Shown one piece after another: positions 48,838-59,877 of a stretch of 64,000 bases of DNA. The notes below the pieces were generated by a model, which saw only the letters and a list, made by a program, of their open reading frames with translations, did no database searches and was not told where the DNA came from. Source of the DNA: an uncultured delta proteobacterium (GTDB taxonomy: Bacteria; Desulfobacterota; Desulfobacteria; Desulfobacterales; QNYZ01); contig CAWJQU010000004.1 in NCBI GenBank assembly GCA_963845145.1, positions 32,001 through 96,000 on the forward strand. The letters run 5' to 3'. A program made the translations under genes and the position numbers. Within the stretch, counting starts at the first letter, position 1. Each line of letters begins with the position of its first letter.

Positions 48838-49995
48838 CTATGGTCGTAAATTGAGGCGGTGGTAGTTCATTTTAAGATTTACCACCGCAGGCCCTTTACC
48901 GCTCCGCGCCGGCAGCTTGATGAAAAATTCGAGCGTATTGGCATCTTTACGTACATATTCGAGGTTGCTATCGATCATTTTCCACTCACCGGGGATGTGC
49001 TGCCGCATGGTTAACGCTGCCGATGTATCCTTGAAATTTTCAATCTTGGCCGTAATTTCTTCGTCCACATCGTACAAAACGATTCTGGGGTTGCTTTTGT
49101 GCGTGGTCCGGCGAATATTGATCCGTTTTTCTTTCATCTTTCGCTGGGTTACGACAATATCGCGGCTATCGCCAATGGTGAGTTCCATTTTTTCCCCGAC
49201 AGGCACGTTTTTAGAAATATCTTCACCTAAAAAAATCGTACTTCCATGACCGTCGTTTTGAAAAAGACGGGCTTTACCGCCCCATAGGACTTGTTCACCA
49301 AGCCCGCTGGCTTTATCGTTGATGATCTGATAGCTGACTGGAATACCCACGTTTTTATTGTTAAGTTTCTCCGGGTCCCAAGGTAACCGTTGCGAATCCC
49401 AGGTCCATATTTTGGTCATTGGAACCGTCTCTTTTTTTAAAAAGCGCAGCCGATTGGTCTGTTCATGGTCGATGGTCTGGATAAATGACTGGTCATCATC
49501 CAAACGGACCATGGCCTCGTCAAAATTTTCGCCGGAATAATTTCGCAGTACCAGGTGGCTCCTGAAATCGACATGCGTTTCTTCTTTGTCGGCCAAAGCC
49601 TTGTAGGTGATGACACGATCGATGTTGCTGAGCAGGTAGCTGATCCTGACTTTCTCGACAAAATCACCTTCACTGGCGAGTTCCCAGATCAAGGCAGCCT
49701 CGTTGGGGGGGTAGCTGACATTCAACAGCGTGACTTTATCCGGATGATCGATCACGCGAAGGCGGATAGAATCCGCATCGATGTTCACCCCTTTCCAGGA
49801 AAAATCGATCTTGTTCAACCCCTTTTGAAGCGATAGTTGCCGTTCTTCCTCAATCAATGTGGCCATTGGATTGCTGAGTCGTATCATGGCCGCATTTCTT
49901 TCCGGCAAGGTTACCAGTGTTGTTCTGGCCTGCGTCATCACCGGGAGAGCCAAGCCAACCAACAATATAACCCATTTGATGATTTTTATTTGCAT
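48838..49995 (-). CDS. Secreted DUF4139-like domain protein (paralog)
   Basis: Signal peptide; shares LVTLP.R, FSW..V.ID..S, SYPP, LRNYSGE with the 47392 gene. Confidence 0.65.
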   Translation of the reverse strand: MQIKIIKWVILLVGLALPVMTQARTTLVTLPERNAAMIRLSNPMATLIEEERQLSLQKGLNKIDFSWKGVNIDADSIRLRVIDHPDKVTLLNVSYPPNEAALIWELASEGDFVEKVRISYLLSNIDRVITYKALADKEETHVDFRSHLVLRNYSGENFDEAMVRLDDDQSFIQTIDHEQTNRLRFLKKETVPMTKIWTWDSQRLPWDPEKLNNKNVGIPVSYQIINDKASGLGEQVLWGGKARLFQNDGHGSTIFLGEDISKNVPVGEKMELTIGDSRDIVVTQRKMKEKRINIRRTTHKSNPRIVLYDVDEEITAKIENFKDTSAALTMRQHIPGEWKMIDSNLEYVRKDANTLEFFIKLPARSGKGPAVVNLKMNYHRLNLRP

Positions 49996-50029
49996 GGTTC
50001 GATCTCCTATGGTTGCGATTTATCCGGAC

Positions 50030-52180
50030 TCAATTCTTATCACCTTTTTCGATTTCACCCTTTTTGATTTCGACCAGGCAGCTATTGCAGGGAAAGGCGC
50101 CGCAGGGTGATTTTTCATCCAAGGTGAGTACATTGACGCATCCCCCTAAGTCTGTGCCATTGGCTTGCGGATGGTACCAGGCCCCTGCATCAAGGCTGAC
50201 CACGCCCGGTCTGATTCGATCGGTCACTTTGGCTGTCGTGGCCAGTTTGCCGCGATCATTGTAAATAATGACCGTCTCTCCGTGTAAAATCCCACGAGCG
50301 GTGGCGTCATCGGTATGGATCCATACGGCATCGTCTCCTTTTTCCTTAAAGGCGGGTATATTGTCGAACTGAGAATTAACCCGGGTTCGGGCGTGGGGAC
50401 TGATGAGCTGGAGGGGATAGATTTCGGTAGTCGGATCGTCGGGACCTTCCCATGGATCGATAAATTTGGGCGTGGATGGAATCATGGGATTTTTTAAATC
50501 GCTGATATATTGGCTGTCGATTTCAATCTTTCCGGATGGCGTTGGAAAGGGATTGTTTTCAATATCCTCTATCTGACGGCGAAATGCGACATGATGCGTT
50601 TGATGTTTAATATGATGAGCATCCGTTTGTTTAAATGTGTCGAAATCGGGGAGATCCGGTGTGGCACTAACGAATGTCTTGAGCCACGCATCGGTTGATA
50701 TTGGATTGTATTGATCTACGCCCAAATGACGGGCCAGGTCGGAAAAAATGGTCAGATCCGAACGGACACCTTGCGGTGGCTGGAGCACTTTGTTCATATA
50801 GATGGTATATGGGCCGCCAAGCCAGGGCGTTCCCACATCGTTTGTCTCCATGAAGTGGGAGACAGGCAAAATGATATCTGCAAAACGGCAGGTGGGGGTC
50901 ATAAACAGCTCATGCACCACGATAAACGGCAGGGCTTTCAGGGCTTTGACCCCCTTATTGATATTTAAAAATTGGTTTAACAAGTTGCAGCCGACGATGT
51001 ACAGCAATTTATAATCCGCCGGGTATCCCCCAGCGCGACCGTTGAGCAGGGCATCGAAGACATCAGAGATATGGACCGCCGGGAACCGGTCGGATAGGGT
51101 TGGAAGCGATTTTCCCAACCGGCCCTGATCCCGGCCATGGGTACCACCGGCGACCACGCCCCCGGGAATGCCGATGTTTCCGGTCATGGCGGCCAATACA
51201 TGGGCGGCCCTGTGAAATTGTTCCCCAAAGGCCGTGCGGCCCGGTGCCCAGCCGGTATAGAGCGCCGCCGGTTTACGGGTCGCATATTCCCTGGCGAGGG
51301 TTTGGATATCGTCTTCGGGCACACCGGTAATGGCGGATGCCCAGGCAGCGGTTTTGGGAACACCGTCGGATTCTCCCAAAAAGTAAGCCTTAAAAGGCTC
51401 GAAGCCGATCGTATAGCGTTTTAAAAACGCAAGATCGGTCAGATCCTCTACCCAGATGGTATGGGCCATGGCGATGAGCATGGCCGTATCGGTTGCTGGT
51501 TTGATGGGAATCCACTGCTGGGCCAATGCCCGGGTTGATGGGCTTTGGCGCGGATCGACCGAGATGATCCGGATGTTTTTCTTTTTTGCCAGGTGAAGAT
51601 AGGCCGCCGTATCCGGTCCGAAACGGGATACGACCGGGTTCCACCCCCACAGAATGATTAAATCGGCAAGCAAGAGATTGTCGCGGCTGCTGCCCGTATT
51701 GCCGGATCCGAAGGTTGCCTTGGCGGCGAATTTAGCCGCTTCATTGGATGCACTCCCCCATACCCGGGTGCATCCACCTAACATATTAAAAAACCGGGAG
51801 GCGGTCTTCCGGCTGCTGTGCAAGGCGCTTTCGTTCCCAAAATAGTCCATGAGAAAGATCGACTCAGGTCCATGTTGTTCATTCGTTCGGGTTATCTCGG
51901 CCGCGATCGTCGTCAGGGCTTCATCCCACGAAATGGGTTCAAATTTTCCCTCGCCGCGAGGGCCGATCCTCTTTAGAGGTTCGGTGAGACGCTGAGGTGC
52001 GTGGACCACATGTTTTTGCATCAACCCCCGGACACACGCTTTAAGTCCCGGGCCGTGCGATTTATCGGTCGTGATCCGAATAATGTGATTATCTTTGACA
52101 TGGACCCGTAAAAGGCAGCGGGCTCCGCAATCGTAAGAGCAGGTGGTGGTGACGATGTTATCCGGCGAGGTGGTTTTCAT
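50030..52180 (-). CDS. Molybdopterin oxidoreductase catalytic subunit (DMSO reductase family), no Tat signal
   Basis: [10 protein letters not shown]...ACVRG 4Fe-4S motif, [43 protein letters not shown]-terminal MGD-binding domain. Confidence 0.9.
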   Translation of the reverse strand: MKTTSPDNIVTTTCSYDCGARCLLRVHVKDNHIIRITTDKSHGPGLKACVRGLMQKHVVHAPQRLTEPLKRIGPRGEGKFEPISWDEALTTIAAEITRTNEQHGPESIFLMDYFGNESALHSSRKTASRFFNMLGGCTRVWGSASNEAAKFAAKATFGSGNTGSSRDNLLLADLIILWGWNPVVSRFGPDTAAYLHLAKKKNIRIISVDPRQSPSTRALAQQWIPIKPATDTAMLIAMAHTIWVEDLTDLAFLKRYTIGFEPFKAYFLGESDGVPKTAAWASAITGVPEDDIQTLAREYATRKPAALYTGWAPGRTAFGEQFHRAAHVLAAMTGNIGIPGGVVAGGTHGRDQGRLGKSLPTLSDRFPAVHISDVFDALLNGRAGGYPADYKLLYIVGCNLLNQFLNINKGVKALKALPFIVVHELFMTPTCRFADIILPVSHFMETNDVGTPWLGGPYTIYMNKVLQPPQGVRSDLTIFSDLARHLGVDQYNPISTDAWLKTFVSATPDLPDFDTFKQTDAHHIKHQTHHVAFRRQIEDIENNPFPTPSGKIEIDSQYISDLKNPMIPSTPKFIDPWEGPDDPTTEIYPLQLISPHARTRVNSQFDNIPAFKEKGDDAVWIHTDDATARGILHGETVIIYNDRGKLATTAKVTDRIRPGVVSLDAGAWYHPQANGTDLGGCVNVLTLDEKSPCGAFPCNSCLVEIKKGEIEKGDKN

Positions 52181-52319
52181 GGATGATATCTCAAATATAA
52201 CCGTCTGGAAAGAGGCCCCCTTGAGCAAATGATGGTTACACGGTAATGAATAGATGGTTCGGGGTCAAATGAAAACAGCTATTCTCACATTGTCTTAGCG
52301 GAAATGACGGAGATTTATC

Positions 52320-52922
52320 ATGATAGAAAAATCGAGTACGGCGCAGTTAAACGAAAAGCAAGGGCGGGTTTTGGTTCAGTTGGCGCGGCAGACCATCATG
52401 GAAAAGCTGGGCGCCAAACCGGATCCGGTGGCGGCCGATTCCGTCAGGGAAGCCCTGGATGATGACCAACTCCAGGTCCGGCGAGGGACCTTTGTTACCC
52501 TGAAGATGGATAACCAACTGCGGGGGTGTATCGGCACCTTGAGTGCCACCGAATCCATCACGGACTCCATAAAGAACAACGCCGTCAATGCCGCTTTTAA
52601 TGACTTTCGATTTTCACCCCTGACCGGTAAAGAGCTGGACCGGGTAGAGGTGGAAATCAGTATTCTTACCGAACCGCAACCCCTGGAGTATGTCGACGGC
52701 GACGACCTGATCGCCTTGTTAAGGCCTAACGTGGATGGCGTCATTCTTCGCAAAGGGGCGGCGTCAGCCACCTTTTTGCCCCAGGTGTGGGAACAACTCC
52801 CCCGGCCCGAAGATTTTCTCAGTCATCTTTGTCAAAAAGCGGGCTTAGCATCAACCGCCTGGCAAGATGACGCTTTGCAGGTGTCGACCTATCAGGTCCA
52901 GTATTTTGAAGAAGAAGCGTGA
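52320..52922 (+). CDS. AMMECR1-domain protein (AmmeMemoRadiSam protein A)
   Basis: GTFVTL...QLRGCIG, NAAFND.RF.P, EISILT, ATFLPQVWEQLP, L.QKAGL. Confidence 0.9.
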   Translation: MIEKSSTAQLNEKQGRVLVQLARQTIMEKLGAKPDPVAADSVREALDDDQLQVRRGTFVTLKMDNQLRGCIGTLSATESITDSIKNNAVNAAFNDFRFSPLTGKELDRVEVEISILTEPQPLEYVDGDDLIALLRPNVDGVILRKGAASATFLPQVWEQLPRPEDFLSHLCQKAGLASTAWQDDALQVSTYQVQYFEEEA

Positions 52923-53268
52923 TCCGAAAAATAGGGATAGTCATCTCATTTTTGCACCTGCCGATAAAACATTTACCTCAAAGGCCAAGGATTTGATAAA
53001 ACAGATCCCCAAGGGTAAAGTGTGCACCTATGGGATCATCGCTGCTTTGGCCGGCAACCCTCAGGCTGCACGACAAGTTGCCCGCATTCTTCACTCCTGC
53101 TCAAAAAAAGACGGGCTCCCCTGGCATCGGGTTGTAAACCGAAAGGGGAAAATCTCCCTCAAACCCCACCAGGGTTATGAGCTTCAAAAACAGATGTTGA
53201 GCGCAGAAGGCGTCGCGTTGGATGCTGATGAAACGATCAATTTTGATACATATCTATGGGTGCCATAA
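52867..53268 (+). CDS. Alkyltransferase-like (ATL/YbaZ, MGMT family) protein
   Basis: IPKGKVCTYG.IA..AG.P.AARQV and PWHRVV (Trp replaces the MGMT Cys); start uncertain. Confidence 0.85.
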   Translation: MTLCRCRPIRSSILKKKRDPKNRDSHLIFAPADKTFTSKAKDLIKQIPKGKVCTYGIIAALAGNPQAARQVARILHSCSKKDGLPWHRVVNRKGKISLKPHQGYELQKQMLSAEGVALDADETINFDTYLWVP

Positions 53269-53375
53269 ATCGGAAATCTAACCGTCACTTCGTTTTTCAA
53301 GCCGTTGGCTCCCAAAGACATTGTGATGAATGTTGGCGGGATGCAGCATATCGACTTGATTTGATTCAAGTTCAT

Positions 53376-53600
53376 TCATTTCTGCATTATTTTAGCTTGG
53401 GCGTTCATCTTTATGGAGGCGGTCGACAATGCTTCAGCATTAGTGGCATTTTGCTGTGTGGCCTGATCTATCTCGGTAACCGTCTGATTGATCTGTTCGA
53501 TACCTTGGGGTTGTTCTCCGGAGGCTGCTGTGATTTGCTCAACCAACTTGCCGGCACTGGACGATTTATCCGCAACTTCATCAAAGGCAATATCTGTTTC
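53376..53600 (-). pseudogene. Remnant of a methyl-accepting chemotaxis protein C-terminus
   Basis: QITAASGEQPQGIEQIN..V.EIDQATQQNA.NAE..S.AS..M..QA with no N-terminal domains. Confidence 0.75.
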
Positions 53601-53749
53601 TGATTTAAACAAGGTAAGTGTTATCAATCATTGAACAGCGAACTACGGATGATTTGAAAATCAAATTTGTTTCGTGTATATCTATTGCCAATGGGGAACG
53701 TTTTTAATCAGGCAACAAATATGCCTATTTAATCTAAAAGGAGGAGCCG

Positions 53750-54931
53750 ATGCAACAGAATCTAAATAATGTTTTTCCCGGTATCTGTTTATTATTAGTG
53801 TTAATTTTGGCAACGCCATTGTCAGCCGCCGAAGATGAAATTTTAATTGGTGGAGCCCTCAGTCTCACGGGTGTGCAGGCGCCGCTCGATGAACCGGGGC
53901 TCAAAGGCGCCCAAGTGGCGGTAAAATATCTCAATGAGCATGGCGGGATTCTGGGAAAGAAGGTAAAATTCATTAATATTGATGGCAAAAGTGATCCTGT
54001 TACCGTTGGTAACGCGGCTGTGCAGTTGATTGACCAAGGGGCAAAGTTGATGGTAGCGCCATGCGATTTTGATTTTGGCGGTCCCGCCAGTCGAGAAGCC
54101 CAAAAGGTTGGTATTGTCGGTATTTCCACCTGCGCATCGGATCCGCTTTACAGCTCCTGGTCACTCGGAGATAAACAGTTTACGTGTTCCATGTGGAATA
54201 CCACCATGGGCGCCACTGCTGCGGAGTATGCGTTTAAAGAGCGGGGATGGAAAACAGCCTATGTTGTGACCGATCAGTTTATTGCGTATACAAAAAGTTT
54301 GAGCAAATATTTCCTCGCTCACTTCAAAACCATCGGTGGCAAGGTGCTGGCCGAAGAGACTTACACCCAGGGCGACCAGGATTTCTCCGCCCAGCTGGCG
54401 CGATTAAAGTCTATTCAACCCCAACCGGATGTCATTTTTATTTCGTCTTATATGCCGGATTTGGGCACCATTATCCGTTCGATTCGTGAAGTCGGTATCA
54501 CATCTCCTATCATGGGTGGGGATTCTTACGACGACCCGGGTCTATTTGAGGCGTTGGGCGAAAAGTTCGGTAGTGATGTTTATTTTGTCACCCACACGTG
54601 GATGGGCCCCGAAGCGCATCCGGATATGGGCAAATTTATTGATGCCTACAAGGCGTATCACAAAGGTCCGCCTGATACTTCGTTTGTGGCTACCGGCTGG
54701 GATACGATTATGCTGATGGCCCAGGCCGCGGAAAAGGCGGGATCTCTGGATGGTGCAGCTGTTGCCAAGGCACTTGAAACGAACGAATTCAATTTGCTAA
54801 CCGGTAAGTTGTCCTACCGCTCGGCCAAGGAGGGACATGCTCCTGAAAAGGCGGCGGTCCTGATCAGTTTGACCAAAGGAAAACCGTCTTTTATCGGGTG
54901 GCGGAAACCTGAAAATCCACCCGCCCCCTAA
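53750..54931 (+). CDS. Liv-type ABC transporter substrate-binding protein
   Basis: Signal peptide; IGGALSLTG, NEHGGILGK, DFSAQL; AAGGAGG SD. Confidence 0.88.
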   Translation: MQQNLNNVFPGICLLLVLILATPLSAAEDEILIGGALSLTGVQAPLDEPGLKGAQVAVKYLNEHGGILGKKVKFINIDGKSDPVTVGNAAVQLIDQGAKLMVAPCDFDFGGPASREAQKVGIVGISTCASDPLYSSWSLGDKQFTCSMWNTTMGATAAEYAFKERGWKTAYVVTDQFIAYTKSLSKYFLAHFKTIGGKVLAEETYTQGDQDFSAQLARLKSIQPQPDVIFISSYMPDLGTIIRSIREVGITSPIMGGDSYDDPGLFEALGEKFGSDVYFVTHTWMGPEAHPDMGKFIDAYKAYHKGPPDTSFVATGWDTIMLMAQAAEKAGSLDGAAVAKALETNEFNLLTGKLSYRSAKEGHAPEKAAVLISLTKGKPSFIGWRKPENPPAP

Positions 54932-54950
54932 ATACAACAGTTAGGCTAAA

Positions 54951-54994
54951 TTAAAAGAATAGGGGCTGAACAAGAGCCCCTACTTCTTTTTTAA
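54951..54994. terminator. Hairpin after the SBP gene
   Basis: AAAAGAATAGGGGCT...AGCCCCTACTTCTTTTTT. Confidence 0.6.
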
Positions 54995-55063
54995 TTCGGC
55001 CAGCAAATGCTACCTCTTTATAGTGACAGCGAAATATCTTTACTTGCCGAGAGCTGATAAATA

Positions 55064-55813
55064 ATGACAAAGAAACACCTGTCAGCGAAAGAAATTTCTG
55101 TCGATTTTGCGGGCCTTCGTGCCCTTGACCGAGTGTCAATGGATGTAGAAATCGGCGAAATTGTGGGACTGATCGGGCCGAATGGGTCCGGCAAGACGAC
55201 GCTGATTAATGTTATCACCGGTCAGGTGATTCCGATATCAGGCACGGTTAAACTCAATGGCGAAAATATAACGCAACTGGTGCCTCGTAAAATTGCATTG
55301 AAAGGGATAACCCGTTCTTTTCAAATCGTTCGTTTATTTGAAAATCTAACGGTTGTTAAAAATGTCGAGACAACCGCACTGGCCAAAGGCACTTCGCGAA
55401 AAGAAGCCAATCGGCTTGCAATGGGATTGTTAGAGGAGTTTAACCTGGCCGATTTTGCTCGTCATCTGGCAGGTACGCTTAGCTATGGCGACAAGCGGAG
55501 GGTGGAGATCGTTAGAGCCCTGGCGGGAGAGCCCTGTTTTTTACTTCTTGATGAACCGGCAGCAGGGATGAACGATGCTGAAAGCGATGCCTTGCTGAAT
55601 ATTCTATCTGGACTTCCGGAGCGCAAAAACCTCGGTATGTTAATTATCGATCATGACATGACACTCATCATGCGTCTTTGTCACCGGTTGCACGTTCTTT
55701 CTTCCGGGAAAACCATCGGCGAGGGCGCCGTTGATGATGTCCGTAAATTACCGGCCGTGATCGAAGCGTATTTGGGAACCAGTGTAACCAAAGAGGAACG
55801 ACACCATGCTTAG
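55064..55813 (+). CDS. Liv-type ABC ATP-binding protein (LivG-like)
   Basis: [37 protein letters not shown]. Confidence 0.9.
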   Translation: MTKKHLSAKEISVDFAGLRALDRVSMDVEIGEIVGLIGPNGSGKTTLINVITGQVIPISGTVKLNGENITQLVPRKIALKGITRSFQIVRLFENLTVVKNVETTALAKGTSRKEANRLAMGLLEEFNLADFARHLAGTLSYGDKRRVEIVRALAGEPCFLLLDEPAAGMNDAESDALLNILSGLPERKNLGMLIIDHDMTLIMRLCHRLHVLSSGKTIGEGAVDDVRKLPAVIEAYLGTSVTKEERHHA

Positions 55814-56522
55814 GCTTGAAGGGGTAGAAGTTCGATATGGTGCCGTCCGGGCGGTGAGAGACGTTTCGCTTGAAGTTATGCAGGGCGAGATGGTCTCGTT
55901 ATTGGGTGCGAATGGATCGGGAAAAACAAGCACCCTGTTGGCTATCGCCGGTGCTCTGAAAGTGACTTCCGGAAGTATTATCTTTGACGGAGAGGACATC
56001 ACTTCGCTTTCACCTGAAAAAGTGTTGCGAAAAGGAATTGCCATGGTGACGGAAACCCGCGAAGTGTTCTCTGACCTGACCGTGCGTGAAAACCTCATTT
56101 TAGGCGGTTTTATTCACCGCAGGAATCGAAAAAAAATCCAGCATGACCTGGAACAGATGTTGGATCTATTTCCGATTCTGCGCAAGCGGCAATCTCAGTC
56201 AAGCGGAACGCTATCCGGTGGAGAGCAACAGCAGCTGGTAATCGCCCGGGCGATGATGGCACAACCGAAGTTGCTTCTACTTGACGAACCATCCCTAGGA
56301 TTAGCGCCAACCATTATTGATCACATCTATGAGTTTATAAACCAGTTAAGAACCACCGGTCTTACGATTTTGTTGGTAGAACAAAATGCCAACAAGGCTT
56401 TGCAGCACGCTAACAGAGCCTATGTAATGTCACTGGGAAAAATAGCCAAAAAGGGGGATGCAGCTGAAGTTGCATCTTCTTCCGACCTGGAAGCGCTGTA
56501 CCTGGGAAAGCTAAAGGATTGA
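55806..56522 (+). CDS. Liv-type ABC ATP-binding protein (LivF-like)
   Basis: GANGSGKTS, LFPIL..R, LSGGEQQ, DEPSLGLAP, LVEQN. Confidence 0.9.
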   Translation: MLRLEGVEVRYGAVRAVRDVSLEVMQGEMVSLLGANGSGKTSTLLAIAGALKVTSGSIIFDGEDITSLSPEKVLRKGIAMVTETREVFSDLTVRENLILGGFIHRRNRKKIQHDLEQMLDLFPILRKRQSQSSGTLSGGEQQQLVIARAMMAQPKLLLLDEPSLGLAPTIIDHIYEFINQLRTTGLTILLVEQNANKALQHANRAYVMSLGKIAKKGDAAEVASSSDLEALYLGKLKD

Positions 56523-56526
56523 CATT

Positions 56527-57423
56527 ATGTCTATGGGTACAATCGTTCAATTTATTTTAGACATTCTCAGCCTCGGCAGCCTCTATGCTCTGATGGCATT
56601 GGGCCTGCTGATTATCTACGGGATATTAAAATTGGTCAATTTTGCCTACGGCGAGCTGGTTATGGTTGCCGGGTATTCTCTCTACCTTTTAAACGCGACG
56701 GCCTTTCCATGGTTTTTCATGGCTGGCGTTGCGATCCTGATGGCAATCTTCGCCGGCGTATTGACGGAATGGGTCGCTTTTCGTCCGGTTCGGTCCAAAT
56801 CGGTTACAGCCGTCTTGATTACATCATTTGCATTCAGCACATTGTTACAGAATGCAGCGCTGCTATTTATTTCACCACGTGCACGCAATGTTCCTTTGCC
56901 GGATATTTTTACACGATCCGTTGAGTTTATCGGCATTGTCGTTCCCATTCGAAACCTCATCACGATTGTAACTGCATTATTGCTTTTAGCCCTTTTCTCA
57001 CTTGCCTTGAAACATACCGTCTTGGGGTTGGCCCTGCGTGCATCTGCGTCACAATTTCGAATGGCGCGTATGGTAGGTATCCCCGCCAATATGATTATCA
57101 GTCTGGCGTTTGCTATCAGTGGATTATTTGCCGGTGTGGTTGCTATTCTCTGGCTGGGTAGGATTGGTTCGGTTGTGCCGGGGATCGGTCTTGAGCCTTT
57201 GCTTGTTGCATTCATCGCAACCGTCATTGGTGGAATGAGGAGTCTTTTGGGCGCTGTGGTGGGTGGATATCTGCTTGCCTTGATTGATGTCAGTCTGAAT
57301 TATGGTTTGTCTCAGGATCTGTTGCAGTTTAGGGATGCATTTACATTCACATTTGTTATTTTAATCCTTCTTTTTCGTCCATCCGGTATAATCAAAGGGC
57401 CAGCAACCGGTCAACGCACATAG
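56527..57423 (+). CDS. Liv-type ABC permease (LivH-like)
   Basis: GSLYALMALGL, VNFAYG, GLALRA, IGGM.S..GA..GG, RPSGI. Confidence 0.9.
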   Translation: MSMGTIVQFILDILSLGSLYALMALGLLIIYGILKLVNFAYGELVMVAGYSLYLLNATAFPWFFMAGVAILMAIFAGVLTEWVAFRPVRSKSVTAVLITSFAFSTLLQNAALLFISPRARNVPLPDIFTRSVEFIGIVVPIRNLITIVTALLLLALFSLALKHTVLGLALRASASQFRMARMVGIPANMIISLAFAISGLFAGVVAILWLGRIGSVVPGIGLEPLLVAFIATVIGGMRSLLGAVVGGYLLALIDVSLNYGLSQDLLQFRDAFTFTFVILILLFRPSGIIKGPATGQRT

Positions 57424-57427
57424 GAAG

Positions 57428-58476
57428 ATGAATTATACAATGCTTGCTAAAGAAAATATCCGCTCCATTTGCATCCTTTTGCTACCTATTATCATTCTGG
57501 TGATCATGGCGAATGTGCTGAGTATTAGATTGTTCAGCCGAATTTCAACGACATTGTTGATTAACCTTATTCTAGTCCTCGGACTACAAATATTTACCGG
57601 TAATTCCGGTATTTTGTCATTTGCACATATCGGATTTATGGGCATTGGGGCTTATACGACCGCCGTATTGACCATGCCCGCACAGATGAAGTCCATGGCG
57701 CTTCCGGATTTATATATGGTGTTGAAATCGACAGAACTTGACCCAATGATAGGCATTCTTTTAGGTGGTGTGATGGCAGCATTGCTGGCTGCAATTATCT
57801 CGTATCCGCTTATGCGCCTGTCGGATGCTGCGGCGGTCATTACTTCTTTTGCCGTTCTGGTGATTATGCACACCGTGATGGTGCATTGGAGTGCAGTGAC
57901 GAACGGTCCCAGAACGCTATTTGGTATCGTCAATTCAACGGATTTGAAAACAGCTTCCTGGGTGGCGGCCCTTGCTGTTGTGGTGGCCGTTTGGTTCAAA
58001 GAGTCGCGTACGGGCATTCTTTTACGGGCCACGCGCGATGATGAAATTGCATCTGGGGCCATAGGTGCGGATATCACGATGTTGCGTTGGAAAGCTTTCA
58101 TCTTAAGTGCCTTTTATGCCGGTATCGGTGGGGGGCTAGGGCGCATTTTATCACCTCTTTTTCCCCCAATGCATTCTATCTACGTGAGACATTTGTGATT
58201 TTGGGTATGCTGGTCATCGGCGGTGCTGCAACAGTGTCCGGTGCCGTATTTGGGACGTTTGCCGTTACGGCGGCCTTTGAAGGATTACGGTTTCTTGAAA
58301 ATAGCATTAATGCTGCCCAGATTTTGTCGAGACCCGTGGTGGGGCTTACGGAAATTGTTCTATCGTGTGCCATGATCGGCATTTTGATTTTAAAACCTGG
58401 TGGCATTATCGAGACAAGCGAGATCGGTGAATATGCGCCGAAAAAAAGTGCTACGGAAAAAGAGAACCTTGAGTGA
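57428..58476 (+). pseudogene. Liv-type ABC permease (LivM-like) split by a 1-nt deletion near 58139
   Basis: GILSFAHIGFMGIGAY...AGIGGGL in one frame continues as AHFITSFSP...MLVIGG...KPGG in another; CTA GG GCG lacks one base. Confidence 0.8.
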
Positions 58477-58523
58477 TCAAGATGGATGAAAAAATTCGAT
58501 AAACCTTCGGAAGGAGACCTGCC

Positions 58524-59192
58524 ATGTCGTGGAAAACGATGTACCGTTCGTTTTATTATCAGGGTGCCCCTGAACCAGAGGATATTGTTTTTAAAGCAGA
58601 AGAAACGGCTTTACTCGTAATTGATATTCAAAATAAATATATGGAGGTTCCCGACGAACCCGAAGCGAAAAAACAATGGACGCCTTTTTTAGACCGGATG
58701 AATACCACCGTCATACCCAATACTGCTTCCCTCATTTCTACCTGCCGGGATAAAAACATCGAAGTCCTTTTTGCGCGGATCGCTTGTCACAAAGTCGATG
58801 GCCGTGACCGATCACTCAGCCAGAAGAAACCGGGCTGGAATTATTTGCTGATGCCAAAAGATAGCCAAGAGTCGCAGTTGGTGCCGCAACTCACGCCATT
58901 AGATGACGATATTGTTGTAACCAAAACAACCGACAGCGCCCTTACCGGTACCAATTTACGGTTGGTTCTTAGCAATATGGGGATTAAAAATATCATTGTG
59001 GCCGGGATTTTTACCGATCAATGCGTCTCTTCGACGGTTCGCAGTTTGGCGGATGAGAGCTTTGATGTGGTGGTGGTCGAAAATTGCTGTGCGGCCGGGG
59101 CCCAAGATCTTCATTTAAAAGAACTCGAGATCATTAACATGATCTATTGCCATGTTGCTTCTCTAAAGGAAGCGGTAACATTTATCGAATAG
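58524..59192 (+). CDS. Cysteine hydrolase (isochorismatase family) amidohydrolase
   Basis: Asp-Lys-Cys triad: LLVIDIQN, VTKTTDSA, GIFTDQCV. Confidence 0.88.
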   Translation: MSWKTMYRSFYYQGAPEPEDIVFKAEETALLVIDIQNKYMEVPDEPEAKKQWTPFLDRMNTTVIPNTASLISTCRDKNIEVLFARIACHKVDGRDRSLSQKKPGWNYLLMPKDSQESQLVPQLTPLDDDIVVTKTTDSALTGTNLRLVLSNMGIKNIIVAGIFTDQCVSSTVRSLADESFDVVVVENCCAAGAQDLHLKELEIINMIYCHVASLKEAVTFIE

Positions 59193-59235
59193 TTTATTGA
59201 ATGGTGGCTGCGGAGAAAAAAGTCGAATTCGAAGC

Positions 59236-59655
59236 CTATTTCAATTCAGCATACATCTTTACCACCACATGTCCCCACCCACCGCATGAGGGGCCGGTAT
59301 CGAAACATCCGCTTGTGTTGAACATAACCTCATTGGGATTGCGTCCATTCATGAGGTTCTCGAAAAAGGCGTTGATCAGTACCGTTAAATTGGGCATCAA
59401 AAAGGAACAAATCCGATCCGGGTTTTCCTGGGTGAGTAGATTACCGGAATTGTCAAAAATCAATTGTTGGCCCACCACATGGCCCGAGTGGCATCCTTTC
59501 GATTGGATGACTTCGGCCACCAATCGGTATTTGGATGCTTTGATTGCATTTTGAAACAGGTTTTGGAATTTAGGGTTTTTTTCAATCATTTCCCAGTCGT
59601 GAGCTTCAAGATTCAGTCTTCTACGGATGACTTCTGCTATTTGGCTTTTATCCAT
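59236..59655 (-). CDS. Hypothetical Cys-containing protein
   Basis: SKGCHSGH.VG, RICS, GCFDTG..CGGWG; GGGGG upstream. Confidence 0.65.
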   Translation of the reverse strand: MDKSQIAEVIRRRLNLEAHDWEMIEKNPKFQNLFQNAIKASKYRLVAEVIQSKGCHSGHVVGQQLIFDNSGNLLTQENPDRICSFLMPNLTVLINAFFENLMNGRNPNEVMFNTSGCFDTGPSCGGWGHVVVKMYAELK

Positions 59656-59877
59656 ATAACCCCCCCTACAGTTTTAACAGACCCGGAGTGCTTTCATGAC
59701 TTAAATACGCAAAAAGGGACGCCCTTTCTCCAAATTAATGGTAATGGATAGAAAAAATCAACCGAAATATGTGGAAACCCAATATAAAAGGCTGTTCTTT
59801 GCCTATATGTGATCGTTGCGAAAATTAAACCCATCGCGCGGTTGTATTGAAGGGGTAACCGTTTTTCAAAAATATTC

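Noticed and set aside
52867..53268. Active O6-methylguanine methyltransferase
   Set aside because: PWHRV replaces PCHRV, so there is no acceptor Cys; called ATL instead.
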